In this document: positions 20,726 through 29,792 of the stretch, piece after piece
Position numbering within the stretch: the first letter of the stretch is position 1
Layout of the letters: each line of letters begins with the position of its first letter
Assembly: GCA_963169535.1 (NCBI GenBank)
Contig: CAUJED010000118.1
Span: 22,834 to 86,833 of the forward strand
Direction of reading: 5' to 3'
DNA from: Bacteroidota bacterium
GTDB lineage: Bacteria > Bacteroidota > Bacteroidia > Flavobacteriales_F > PHOS-HE28
Length of the DNA: 64,000 nucleotides
Notes under the pieces: generated by a model
What the model saw: only the letters and a program-made list of their open reading frames with translations
What the model was told of the DNA's origin: nothing
Databases searched by the model: none
Position numbers and translations under genes: made by a program

Positions 20726-22202
20726 GGTATTCCGCGAAATCGTTGATCAATGCGGAGAAGAAGAGTTCGCCCACCTTCTTGGCCCCCTGCGGGTTGAAGT
20801 GGGTGTAGTCCGTGGCGGCCAGCGGCGGTTGGGCCTCCACCCAGCTCACCATGCTGTTGCGCCCGCCCATGGCCTCGTACATGTCCCAGAACACGGCACC
20901 TTGCGCCAGGGTGTTGGTCTTCATGGCATCGCGCACATCCTCCAAGAAAGGCCGGGTGACATACTGCTCGCCCTCCTTCTCGCTCATATCGCTCGGGCCG
21001 ATAACGATCACGGCCACGCCGGGGATCATCCGTTTGAACCGGGCGATCTGTGCACCGAAGAACCGACCGTATTGCGCGGCCTCCTCGGCGCTCTTGAGGT
21101 TGGGGACCACATTGCCGCCGTATTGGAGGATGAGGAGTTCCACATCCAGATCGCTGAACATGGTGCTGAGCAACGCTTGGTCGGCCTTGCGGAACTCGTA
21201 GCCCGCCGCCCCTCGCGCCGCGATATTGTCCACGCACACTCCACTATGGCCTTCCAGGGAGACCCCATACACATCGGGGCTATCGGTCCCTTTGAAGGTG
21301 AGGGTGATCTCGTCCGGGGTGGAGGCGAACCGCCACTCGCGGATCAGCAGCCGGTCCGAGGGCGGCACCACTTCCGTGCTGATAAGCTCCGTACCCTGGC
21401 GCAGTTCAATGGTCAACGGGGTGCGATGCCAGCCGTAGTAGAGCCGCACCTCATCGAACTGTTGGGCCTTGCCATAGGCCCTGCGCAGCGGCCGCAAGGT
21501 CACGGTGGCCTCGTGCACGGTGCTATCCATGGGCACGGTGTCCGGCAAGATGGGGGTGAAGCGCGAGAAGGCGGAAAGCGCTCCGTACCGATCGTGGTGT
21601 TGGGTGGGATCCTTGCGCCCCATTGCGCTGTAGCGGACCCAATTCGCGCTGATCACCCGATCGATACTGAAGCTGGGCACGATGTCGGCCACCGCCACCA
21701 GGCCGGGACCGGTACCTCCGAACTGCGTTTGCAGCTTGTTGCGCAGGTAGGAGGTGATCCGATCACCTTCCAGTTGCGAATCGCCGTAGTGCATGATGCG
21801 CAGCGGGTGGCGGCCCGAGCGTGCCGTCCGCAACTTGGCGAACACGGGCCAGAGCACCTTCTTATCGCCATCGGGGTAGTGCAGCGCGATACGCTCCTCC
21901 AAGGGGCGCAGCTTGGTGGTATCGAAAACGAAAGGCTCCTCCACCAGCGTGGTGTCCACCGCGAGGGGATCCACCACGAGGTCCTCCTCGGGCACGGCGG
22001 CCGCCGAGTCGGTGACCACCGCGAGGATGTCGCTGATATCGACCTTCTCCTCGGGGGTGGGGAACAACAGCTCTCCGGGGTCGGGCATGTGCAACACCAC
22101 GACATCGCCGACCGGCATGCCCGCGCGGGGGAACAGCGCACCGATCAACGCCAGACCCGACAACACGGCCAGGAGGAAGATGAGCACATGCACTGGTCTC
22201 AT
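20706..22202 (-). CDS. SGNH/GDSL hydrolase family protein (secreted), paralogue of 19421-20725
   Basis: Signal peptide (MRPVHVLIFLLAVLSGLALIG), GDSQLEGD block I, and a C-terminal catalytic region. 4-bp overlap with the upstream mltD-like gene. Confidence 0.65.
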   Translation of the reverse strand: MRPVHVLIFLLAVLSGLALIGALFPRAGMPVGDVVVLHMPDPGELLFPTPEEKVDISDILAVVTDSAAAVPEEDLVVDPLAVDTTLVEEPFVFDTTKLRPLEERIALHYPDGDKKVLWPVFAKLRTARSGRHPLRIMHYGDSQLEGDRITSYLRNKLQTQFGGTGPGLVAVADIVPSFSIDRVISANWVRYSAMGRKDPTQHHDRYGALSAFSRFTPILPDTVPMDSTVHEATVTLRPLRRAYGKAQQFDEVRLYYGWHRTPLTIELRQGTELISTEVVPPSDRLLIREWRFASTPDEITLTFKGTDSPDVYGVSLEGHSGVCVDNIAARGAAGYEFRKADQALLSTMFSDLDVELLILQYGGNVVPNLKSAEEAAQYGRFFGAQIARFKRMIPGVAVIVIGPSDMSEKEGEQYVTRPFLEDVRDAMKTNTLAQGAVFWDMYEAMGGRNSMVSWVEAQPPLAATDYTHFNPQGAKKVGELFFSALINDFAEYHGQAQQ

Positions 22203-23671
22203 GGGCGGGGTATCCTCAGTTCCTGACCAGGTTTGATCACCGTGCCGATATCATTCAGCTCCATCAGATGCAGGGCGGTGAGCCCGGGAAACCGACGGGC
22301 GATGCCATACAGGGAGTCACCGTGGCGCACCGTGTAGGAAACGAACCGGGTCACGGGTGGGCCGTTCGCCCCCCCTGGATGATCGTTCATCGGGGCCAGC
22401 GGCAAAGGGGTGTTGGAACCCTCGCCATCGGGCAGCTGAGGTTCCGGTTCGGAGGGCTTCACCAACTCGCGCTTCTTCACTTTGATCACCAAGGTGCGGC
22501 CGGCGTTGATCCGGTCGCTGCGCAGGTTGTTCCACGCCTTCAGCTGTTTCACCGATACGCGGTGCTTCGCGGCGATACTTCCCAGGTTGTCACCACGGCG
22601 CACGGTATACCTTATGCTCTTCTCCACCACCACGCTCACCAACTGCTCCTCTGTGGCAGCCAAGGCCTGGCTTCGGGCCCGCTCCAATGCCGCTTCGGCC
22701 ACCGCCATGGAATCGCGCATGGAAACGTAGCACGCCGTGGTGGTACGGGGTAGGAGGAAGGTCGCCCCTTCCGGGACATGTCCACTGCAATAGACGGGGT
22801 TCAGGGCTTGCAGGCGGGCCACGGGCAGTTGCATCACGTGCGCCACGGCAGCCAGGTCGATGGCCCTGCCGCTCACCAGGGTATCCGCAGCTTCACGGGG
22901 TGCGATGGTGATGGGTTCCAAGCCCAACTCGCCACTGCGGGCGTAGAGGTGGATGAAGGCCATGAGCAGGGGCAGCACCTCTTGTTCCCCATCGGTGAAG
23001 TGGGGATACAGCGTACGGAGATCGGTGGCGCCACCGGTGCGCAACTGGGCCCGGGTGACATTGGCCGGTCCACATGCGAACGCCATGATGGCGAGGCCCC
23101 AGTCCTGATAGCGATCGCGCAGATCCTTGAGGTAGCGCACGGCCGCCTTGGTGCTGAGGACATCATCATGCCGCTCGTCCACCAGGGCGTTCACGGTGAG
23201 GCCATAGCGCAGGGCCACGGGGTAGGTCAGCATCCACAGGCCCCCACGCCCGTTGGCCGAGGCCGCCTGGCTGTTCAGCGCTGACAAGGCCATCGGCAAA
23301 TGCACCAGATCGGTCGGGAGCCCCTGGACGGCCAACTCCTCCGCGAACATGGGGTAGTACACCCGGCTCAACCCGAGGAGCACACGGAACTGTTCCCGCA
23401 ATGGCTCCCCGTAGAGATCGGCATAGAGCACCACATTGCTGTCGGCGAACACCGGCATGGTGGAGACCTCCTTCTTCAGGTCCTCGTAGAGATGCTCGGT
23501 ATCGACCGCGCGCACCACACCCCGCCCCAAGGTGGGCCCCAGCTCGGCCAAGCGCTGTTCCACGGCCCAGGTGCCCATCAGGCTATCGGTACGCCAGGTG
23601 ACCTGCGCCTGCGCGACGACCGACACCATCGCCACCACCGGTCCGAGGCAGATATGTGCGATCCGCGGCAT
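22199..23671 (-). CDS. mltD: Membrane-bound lytic murein transglycosylase D-like (SLT domain plus LysM repeats)
   Basis: An SLT catalytic region (LPTDLVHLPMALSALNSQAASANGRGGLWMLTYPVAL) is followed by three LysM-like repeats (YTVRRGDNLGSIAAKHRVSVKQLKAWN; YTVRHGDSLYGIARRFPGLT...). Confidence 0.75.
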   Translation of the reverse strand: MPRIAHICLGPVVAMVSVVAQAQVTWRTDSLMGTWAVEQRLAELGPTLGRGVVRAVDTEHLYEDLKKEVSTMPVFADSNVVLYADLYGEPLREQFRVLLGLSRVYYPMFAEELAVQGLPTDLVHLPMALSALNSQAASANGRGGLWMLTYPVALRYGLTVNALVDERHDDVLSTKAAVRYLKDLRDRYQDWGLAIMAFACGPANVTRAQLRTGGATDLRTLYPHFTDGEQEVLPLLMAFIHLYARSGELGLEPITIAPREAADTLVSGRAIDLAAVAHVMQLPVARLQALNPVYCSGHVPEGATFLLPRTTTACYVSMRDSMAVAEAALERARSQALAATEEQLVSVVVEKSIRYTVRRGDNLGSIAAKHRVSVKQLKAWNNLRSDRINAGRTLVIKVKKRELVKPSEPEPQLPDGEGSNTPLPLAPMNDHPGGANGPPVTRFVSYTVRHGDSLYGIARRFPGLTALHLMELNDIGTVIKPGQELRIPRP

Positions 23672-23891
23672 GGGTGCGTAAAGCAAGTGGCTGTGTGCGA
23701 AGGAGGTGGCTCGCACAACCGGTAATTGTACACGCGGACTTGTTCAGTTGGCCGAACTTCGCGTCGTGAACATCAACGGACTGCGCCAAGGGCTGTGGGC
23801 TCTCCTGTTCTCCGGCATCACCTGGGTATGCGGTGCCCAGACCCTGCAGCCGCTCCCTGGTCCCCCTTCCACCCCACCATCAACGAACACC

Positions 23892-24527
23892 ATGCTCATC
23901 GAGATCTGGAGCGATGTCGTCTGCCCCTTCTGCTACATCGGTAAACGCGAATTCGAGAACGCCCTTGCCCGCTTCGAGCACCGCGACCAGGTGGAGGTGG
24001 TGTGGAAGAGCTTTGAACTGGACCCCGGCGCGCCGGAACGTTCCGAGCACGACATGTACGGCATGCTCGTGAGCAAATACGGCGGCACGCGCGAGGATGC
24101 GAAGGCCCGCGTGGCCGGTGTGGTGCAACGTGCGAAGAGCGTCGGCCTCGACTACGCGATGGACAAGGCCATCATCGGCAGTTCGTTCCACGCGCACCGC
24201 TTGATCCAGTACGCGAAGACCCAGGGCAAGGGAGCTGAGGCCGAGGAGCGCTTGTTCCGTGCCTACTTCATGGAAGGGGAACACATCGCCGACAAGGCGG
24301 TATTGGCGCAACTGGCCGGCGAGATCGGCTTGGACAAGGCCGAAGCGGAGAAGGTGCTGGCGGCCACCACCTACACCGATGCCGTGCGTGCCGACGAGCG
24401 CGAGGCCCAGCAACTGGGCGTGCGCGGTGTGCCATTCTTCGCGCTGGACCGCAAGTATGGTGTGAGCGGCGCGCAAAGCAGCGAGCACTTCCTACAGGCG
24501 CTGCGGCAAGCGTGGGCCGAGCGCTGA
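23892..24527 (+). CDS. DsbA-family thiol oxidoreductase (FrnE-like)
   Basis: The CPFC active site lies in WSDVVCPFCYIGKREFE. Length of about 211 aa fits the FrnE-type DsbA fold. Confidence 0.7.
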   Translation: MLIEIWSDVVCPFCYIGKREFENALARFEHRDQVEVVWKSFELDPGAPERSEHDMYGMLVSKYGGTREDAKARVAGVVQRAKSVGLDYAMDKAIIGSSFHAHRLIQYAKTQGKGAEAEERLFRAYFMEGEHIADKAVLAQLAGEIGLDKAEAEKVLAATTYTDAVRADEREAQQLGVRGVPFFALDRKYGVSGAQSSEHFLQALRQAWAER

Positions 24528-24531
24528 GGGC

Positions 24532-25284
24532 TCACACGCACCTCCTGGCCCCGCGCACCACGATCGATGAGCCTTCGGCCAGCAGCACCGATGCAGGGGG
24601 CTGTCCGTTCAGTACGCCGAAGCGCTCACCATAAAGCAGTCCGAAGTCCACATCTACCTGGTGGCGAAGCACCGGGCACACCGGCCAGCGCGGATGCTCC
24701 AAGCCGTACTCCAGGGTACGCTGCGGCCCGCGCCGCGTGTAGCCCCAGCAGTGCTCGGTGATGAACTCGGCCTCGCTGCCGGGCGCGGCATCCATCGGCG
24801 TTGCGGCGGCCTCCACCGCGATGTGATGCCAGCGTTGCTTCTTCCAGCGGTAACGCACGGTGAGCGATCCGTTCTCCATGGACCATGCGTGGCCCATGGG
24901 CACCGTGGCGTACGGTTCGCCGTAGATCGTGCGGGCCACGAAGGTGAGCGCCGGCTTGGGTACGAACTCGCGCACGAACACCACGCCTCGCCTCCAGCCG
25001 TCGGGGCCGCGGTGCCGCACGTAGGAACGCAGGTTCACCTCCTCGAACGTGGTATGGAAGGGAATGGGGATGCCCTTCAAGCGGGTATTGGTGAAGAGGA
25101 AGCCAACGAGGCTCACATAACAGGTCCCGGCGAACAGGTCGAGTTCCGTCCCGTGGGGAACGAATGGCCGCAGTAGTTCGGGTACCACGGCATAATTGGC
25201 CATGACGAGCTTGCGCCATTCGGCGGTGAGGAAGATGGGACGCGGAGAACTGCGTTCAGCGGACATCCGATCCGGCATGGCCAT
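24532..25284 (-). CDS. DUF2071 (YqjF-like) family protein
   Basis: The N-terminus (IFLTAEWRKLVMANYAVVPELLRPFVP...) matches YqjF/DUF2071 architecture. Confidence 0.45.
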   Translation of the reverse strand: MAMPDRMSAERSSPRPIFLTAEWRKLVMANYAVVPELLRPFVPHGTELDLFAGTCYVSLVGFLFTNTRLKGIPIPFHTTFEEVNLRSYVRHRGPDGWRRGVVFVREFVPKPALTFVARTIYGEPYATVPMGHAWSMENGSLTVRYRWKKQRWHHIAVEAAATPMDAAPGSEAEFITEHCWGYTRRGPQRTLEYGLEHPRWPVCPVLRHQVDVDFGLLYGERFGVLNGQPPASVLLAEGSSIVVRGARRCV

Positions 25285-25365
25285 CGATACGGCGTTCGTT
25301 CATGGTGGCGATCGGCGATCGTTCGCCGGAGCCGTGGCCGCTATGAACACGCACGGACACCACCA

Positions 25366-26406
25366 TCAACGTGCCGCCATCACCCCGCATAGGTGGAAGA
25401 GGAGCCTTGCCCCCACGTTCGCATCCCACTCATCCTTTCCCGGCGCGACCTCTACCAGATCGAACCCGATGATCGTACGTCCACTGCGCACCAATCGCGA
25501 AAGGAGATAGGTCGCTTCCTCATACTGGAAACCGCCCGGCACCGGTGTTCCCGTGTTCGGGCACAGGGTGGGGTCCAGGCCGTCGATATCGAAGCTGACA
25601 TGCACCTTTTGCGGAAGTGAAGCGATGATGGCATCGCACTGTTCGCGCCAGGTGATGCCCTCGTACTGCTGGCGGCGCACATCGGCGCTGCGCACGATAC
25701 GCACCCGCTCCTTGTTCTTCAGGAAGACGTCGTTCTCCTGCTCGCAGAAGTCGCGGATGCCCACGCTCACCAGTTTCGTGAGCTGCTTGATGGGCAACGC
25801 ATTGTACATGATACTGGCGTGGCTGTACGTGAAACCCTCGTAGGCCACGCGCAGGTCGAGGTGCGCATCGATGTGCAGGATGCCGAACTCCTTATGCCGT
25901 GCGGCCTGGGCGCGGAAGAACCCGAGCGGCGTGCTGTGATCGCCCCCTACAAGGCCCACCAACTTGCCCTGGTCCATCCAGTAGGTCGTGCGTTGCTGCA
26001 CCCAATCGTTCAACACCGCGCACTCCGCGTTGATCCGGTCCAACGCCTTCTTCGCCTTCGCACGCTTCTTGGCATCGCCCCCTTCCATCAGCACTTCCAT
26101 CACCTGCTGCGCTTCCTTCTTCAGTGCCTTGCTCTGCTCCAGCAGTGCCTGGGGGATCTCGTCCATGGCGATGCCGCGCTTCCACAGCTCGGGAAACTCC
26201 GGATGGAAGAGGTCCACTTGGAAGCTGGCATCGAAGATGGCCTGGGGCCCATGCGAAGTGCCTCCTCCGTAGCTGGTGGTCACCTCCCACGGCACGGGCA
26301 CCAGCACGATGTCCGCTTCGGCCGTGGTGAACGGCAGTCCATAAATGTCGGCATTGGGGCTTCCCGGACTGTTGGGGTCGAAGGACTTGATCTTGCTGGC
26401 TTTGCT
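25366..26406 (-). CDS. Arginase/agmatinase/formiminoglutamase family metallohydrolase
   Basis: Mn-binding motifs are present (GGDHS, HIDAHLD, SFDIDGLDP). The tracked ORF extends through REP repeats to 26535; the internal Met (MSKASKIK) is preferred. Confidence 0.65.
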   Translation of the reverse strand, partial: SKASKIKSFDPNSPGSPNADIYGLPFTTAEADIVLVPVPWEVTTSYGGGTSHGPQAIFDASFQVDLFHPEFPELWKRGIAMDEIPQALLEQSKALKKEAQQVMEVLMEGGDAKKRAKAKKALDRINAECAVLNDWVQQRTTYWMDQGKLVGLVGGDHSTPLGFFRAQAARHKEFGILHIDAHLDLRVAYEGFTYSHASIMYNALPIKQLTKLVSVGIRDFCEQENDVFLKNKERVRIVRSADVRRQQYEGITWREQCDAIIASLPQKVHVSFDIDGLDPTLCPNTGTPVPGGFQYEEATYLLSRLVRSGRTIIGFDLVEVAPGKDEWDANVGARLLFHLCGVMAAR

Positions 26407-26454
26407 CATGGTGCGTTGGCTGGAGCGGCGAAGGTAGCCGGTTGGATCGTTGGC

Positions 26455-26580
26455 CCCCGCTCCCGCGGATCTGCGATCCATGGTCTCTTCCTCATCCCCG
26501 CTCCCGCGGATCTGCGATCCGTGGTCTCCAGTCATTCCCCGCTACCGCGGATCTGCGATCCGTGGCCTCCAGTCATTCAT
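26455..26580. repeat. Three tandem ~41-bp REP-like direct repeats, each containing the palindrome GGATCTGCGATCC
   Basis: Copies start at 26455, 26496 and 26537. The consensus is CCCCGCTCCCGCGGATCTGCGATCCGTGGTCTCCAGTCATT. Inverted copies occur at 27174-27249. Confidence 0.8.
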
Positions 26581-27154
26581 CGTCATCTACGTTATCGCCA
26601 TGATCTGTGATCACCTCACCCCGGATCGTCTCCAATTTCAGCATCCCTGGTAGACCTGCTTCATCGCGCGCGCTGGAGTACAGGTAATGATGTGGCTCTT
26701 CCACCAAGCCTTCCTCCACCGGGTTGCGGTGAATGTAACGCAGCTTCTGTTGGATGATATCTGCACGTCGTAACCAGATCGGATGCAGGTCATGCTGCCA
26801 CACTTGGTTGCCACCATCCGCCCGCTTGAACTGATCCCTCAACCATTCGCGACGGCTCTCCTGCGGGTTCTCTTCCACCGCTTTAAGCAGTGCTTTCGAG
26901 GTGAATTTCTTGTGGTCGCTCATGATGTCCTGCAGCCGATATCCTGCTTTCGCACGGGCGATCAAGTGAACGTGGTTGGTCATGATGCACCACGCGAAAA
27001 GTTCAAGACCGTTCTCGCGTTGGCAATGACGCAAACTCTCTACGATGATGTCCTTATAGTCGGGCCGTGTCAATACATCCACCCAGCCGACCGTGGCATA
27101 GGTCAGGTAGTGCAGGTCCGTTTGGTCGTAGATCTTGTAGTTGCGGCTCACCAA
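26573..27154 (-). CDS. REP-associated tyrosine transposase (RAYT, IS200/IS605-like HuH-Y1 family)
   Basis: HuH motif (MTNHVHLIARA) and a catalytic-Tyr motif (YIHRNPV). About 193 aa. It is flanked on both sides by REP-like repeats. Confidence 0.7.
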   Translation of the reverse strand: MVSRNYKIYDQTDLHYLTYATVGWVDVLTRPDYKDIIVESLRHCQRENGLELFAWCIMTNHVHLIARAKAGYRLQDIMSDHKKFTSKALLKAVEENPQESRREWLRDQFKRADGGNQVWQHDLHPIWLRRADIIQQKLRYIHRNPVEEGLVEEPHHYLYSSARDEAGLPGMLKLETIRGEVITDHGDNVDDDE

Positions 27155-27173
27155 GCCGAAGTTAGGGATGGCC

Positions 27174-27249
27174 GATCACAGATCGGCGGGAGCATTCCGG
27201 CACAGGTCAACTTTGAAGGAACCACGGATCGCAGATCCGCGGGAGCGGG
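27174..27249. repeat. Inverted REP-like copies upstream of the RAYT start
   Basis: 27222-27249 (CCACGGATCGCAGATCCGCGGGAGCGGG) is the exact reverse complement of the core of the 26455-26580 repeats. A degenerate copy lies at 27174-27200. Confidence 0.75.
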
Positions 27250-27393
27250 AACGACCCGCGCGTCCTAGCCGCGACCAACGTCGGGCACACGGCTTCGGGC
27301 CAGGCCATGCGGTGACCAATGGTTGCCTCTGCCACCGACCGCGCACCCACCCCGGGCACGCTGGCTAACTTGGCCCACCTTTCGCAACCCCTC

Positions 27394-29604
27394 ATGATGC
27401 AACGCAGCCTTGTCCTCGGTGTGGCGCTGTGCCTCGCCGCTCCCTTCGCAACCGCGCAGAAACAGCTCACCAACCGCGACATCTGGGCCAGCCCACTGTT
27501 CAGCGCGGAATACGTGGGTGGCCTGGCCAGCATGAACGATGGCCTGCACTACACCGTGCTGGACGAGGGTGAAGCCGGGGCCGTGCTGGACCAGTACGCC
27601 TACCGCACCGGGCAGAAAGTGGCCACGCTCGTGGATGGCGCCACCTTGATCCCCGCAGGGCAGCGCGAACCCATCGCCATCGAGGGATACAGCTTCAGTG
27701 GCGACGAGAAGAAACTGCTGTTCGAAACCGGTACCGAACCGATCTACCGGTACAGCTACTACGCCCACCACTATGTGTACGACCGCGCGAGCAAGAAGCT
27801 GGCCCCCCTCTCGGACGTGGGCAAGGCGAAACAACGGCTGGCGACCTTCAGCCCCGACGGCTCCCGGGCAGCCTTCGTGCGCGAGAACGACCTGTACGTG
27901 GTGGAGCTGGCCACGATGAAAGAGACGCGCGTGACCACCGATGGCGCATGGAACAAGGTGCTGAACGGTGCCACGGACTGGGTGTACGAAGAGGAATTCA
28001 CCCTGGTGCAGGGCTATGCCTGGAGCCCCGATGGCGGCAAATTGCTCTTCCTGCGGAGCGATGAGAGCGCGGTGCGGGAATTCGACATGACGTACTACAA
28101 GGACCAGTTGTACCCGAGTGAGTACCGCTTCAAGTACCCGAAGGCCGGCGAAGTGAACAGCACCGAGAGCCTGCACGTGTACGACATCACCTCGGCCACC
28201 ACGGCCACCCTTCCCTTGGGCACCGACGAACAGGACATCTACATCCCGCGGCTGGGCTTCACCCCCAAAGGAGCGGCCTGGTTCATGCGGATGAACCGGT
28301 TGCAGAACGAGAAGGTGATCCTGATGGTGGACCTACCGCCGGCGGGCGCCATGGCCAAGCTCACCGCGAAGGAGATCTTCCGGGAGACCAGCAAGACCTA
28401 CGTGGAAGTGACGGACGACCTGCACTTCCTGGCCGATGGCAGCGGCTTCGTGCTCACCAGCGAACGCAGCGGCTGGAACCACGTGTACCACGTGCCCCTG
28501 AAAGGCGAGCCCAAGGCCCTCACCAGCGGCGCATGGGATGTGGTGAGCGTGGCGGGCATCGACGAGAAAGGGAAACGGGTGCTCTTCACCGCGGCGAAGA
28601 CCGCACCCGAGGACCAGGAGGTGTGGAGCGTGGGTCTTAGCGGCAAAGGCCTGAAACAATTGAGCCCAGCTGGCGGCCACAACGAGGCGGAGTTCAGCAA
28701 GGGCTTCCAGTACTTCATCAACACCCGCAGCACGGCCAACGATGTCCCCGTGGTGACCTTGCACGAAGGGCAGGGCAAGTTGGTGAAGCAGCTGAAGGAC
28801 AACCTCCGGTTGAAACAGACATTGAAGGACTACGGTGTGGTTCGCCGGGAATTCTTCCAGTTCACCACGCCAGCGGGCGTTCAGCTGCGCGGCTGGATGA
28901 TGAAACCATCGGCCTTCGATGCCACGAAGAAGTACCCGGTGCTGATGACGCAGTACAGCGGCCCCAACAGCAACGAAGTGCTGGACAAGTTCGACGGGCG
29001 CGATCTGCTGTGGCATTCGCTGCTGAACCAGAAAGGCTACATCGTGGTCTGCGTGGATCCGCGAGGCACGGGCCACCGCGGCCGCGATTTCCGCCACGTG
29101 ACCTATGGCCAGCTCGGGAAGTACGAGACCGAGGACCAGATCGCCGCGGCGCAGTGGCTGGCGCAGCAGGCCTATGTGGACGGTGGCCGGATCGGCATCT
29201 TCGGCTGGAGCTACGGCGGCTACATGAGCAGCCTGTGCATCACCAAGGGTGCCGACGTGTTCAAGGCGGCCATCGCCGTGGCGCCGGTGAGCAACTGGCG
29301 GTACTACGACACCATCTATACCGAGCGCTACATGGGCCTGCCCAAGGACAATGCCCAGGGCTACGACGACAACAGCCCCATCCACCATGTGGACAAGCTC
29401 AAAGGCAACTACCTGTTGATCCACGGCCTGGCCGACGACAACGTACACTACCAGAACGCCGCCGAAATGACGCTGGCTCTGGTGAAGGCCAACAAGCCGT
29501 TCGACCAGTTCGTGTACCCCGACCGCAACCACGGGATCTACGGCGGCACCACACGCCTGCACCTGTTCGAGCTGATGACGAAATGGCTGGAGGAGAAGCT
29601 CTGA
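27394..29604 (+). CDS. S9-family dipeptidyl-peptidase IV-like serine peptidase
   Basis: Signal peptide. An N-terminal DPP-IV beta-propeller region is followed by an alpha/beta hydrolase with the nucleophile motif GWSYGGYMS and Asp/His downstream. Confidence 0.8.
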   Translation: MMQRSLVLGVALCLAAPFATAQKQLTNRDIWASPLFSAEYVGGLASMNDGLHYTVLDEGEAGAVLDQYAYRTGQKVATLVDGATLIPAGQREPIAIEGYSFSGDEKKLLFETGTEPIYRYSYYAHHYVYDRASKKLAPLSDVGKAKQRLATFSPDGSRAAFVRENDLYVVELATMKETRVTTDGAWNKVLNGATDWVYEEEFTLVQGYAWSPDGGKLLFLRSDESAVREFDMTYYKDQLYPSEYRFKYPKAGEVNSTESLHVYDITSATTATLPLGTDEQDIYIPRLGFTPKGAAWFMRMNRLQNEKVILMVDLPPAGAMAKLTAKEIFRETSKTYVEVTDDLHFLADGSGFVLTSERSGWNHVYHVPLKGEPKALTSGAWDVVSVAGIDEKGKRVLFTAAKTAPEDQEVWSVGLSGKGLKQLSPAGGHNEAEFSKGFQYFINTRSTANDVPVVTLHEGQGKLVKQLKDNLRLKQTLKDYGVVRREFFQFTTPAGVQLRGWMMKPSAFDATKKYPVLMTQYSGPNSNEVLDKFDGRDLLWHSLLNQKGYIVVCVDPRGTGHRGRDFRHVTYGQLGKYETEDQIAAAQWLAQQAYVDGGRIGIFGWSYGGYMSSLCITKGADVFKAAIAVAPVSNWRYYDTIYTERYMGLPKDNAQGYDDNSPIHHVDKLKGNYLLIHGLADDNVHYQNAAEMTLALVKANKPFDQFVYPDRNHGIYGGTTRLHLFELMTKWLEEKL

Positions 29605-29792
29605 TGCCAGTTGTCAGTACAGCGGGCCGGGTCAAGGCCGGGAGCCTTGGGCCGACCGCGACTGACCGCTGACCGTTCCTTCCGCGCATCCGCACCATGC
29701 CCTGGCAACCACCAACTGAGAACAGGCAACCGCTCCCCCCATTGCCAGTTCCCGGCCTTTCCTACCTTGGCGCACCTCAACCCCAACGTTAG

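Larger units (their letters stand above)
26455..27249 (-). mobile_element. REP/RAYT unit (domesticated IS200-like transposase with its cognate REP array)
   Basis: Combination of the two repeat features and the RAYT CDS above. Confidence 0.6.

Noticed and set aside
17883-22226. Long plus-strand ORFs (17883-19460, 19448-20746, 20718-22226)
   Set aside because: All are antisense to the MBOAT/SGNH operon and have Arg/Gly/His-rich low-complexity translations. The minus-strand genes have clear family motifs and signal peptides.
26455-26580. Possible mini-CRISPR array (three regularly spaced repeats)
   Set aside because: The period is ~41 bp with almost no unique spacer between repeat units. The same core recurs inverted on the other side of a RAYT transposase, and there are no cas genes. 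This is a REP array, not CRISPR.
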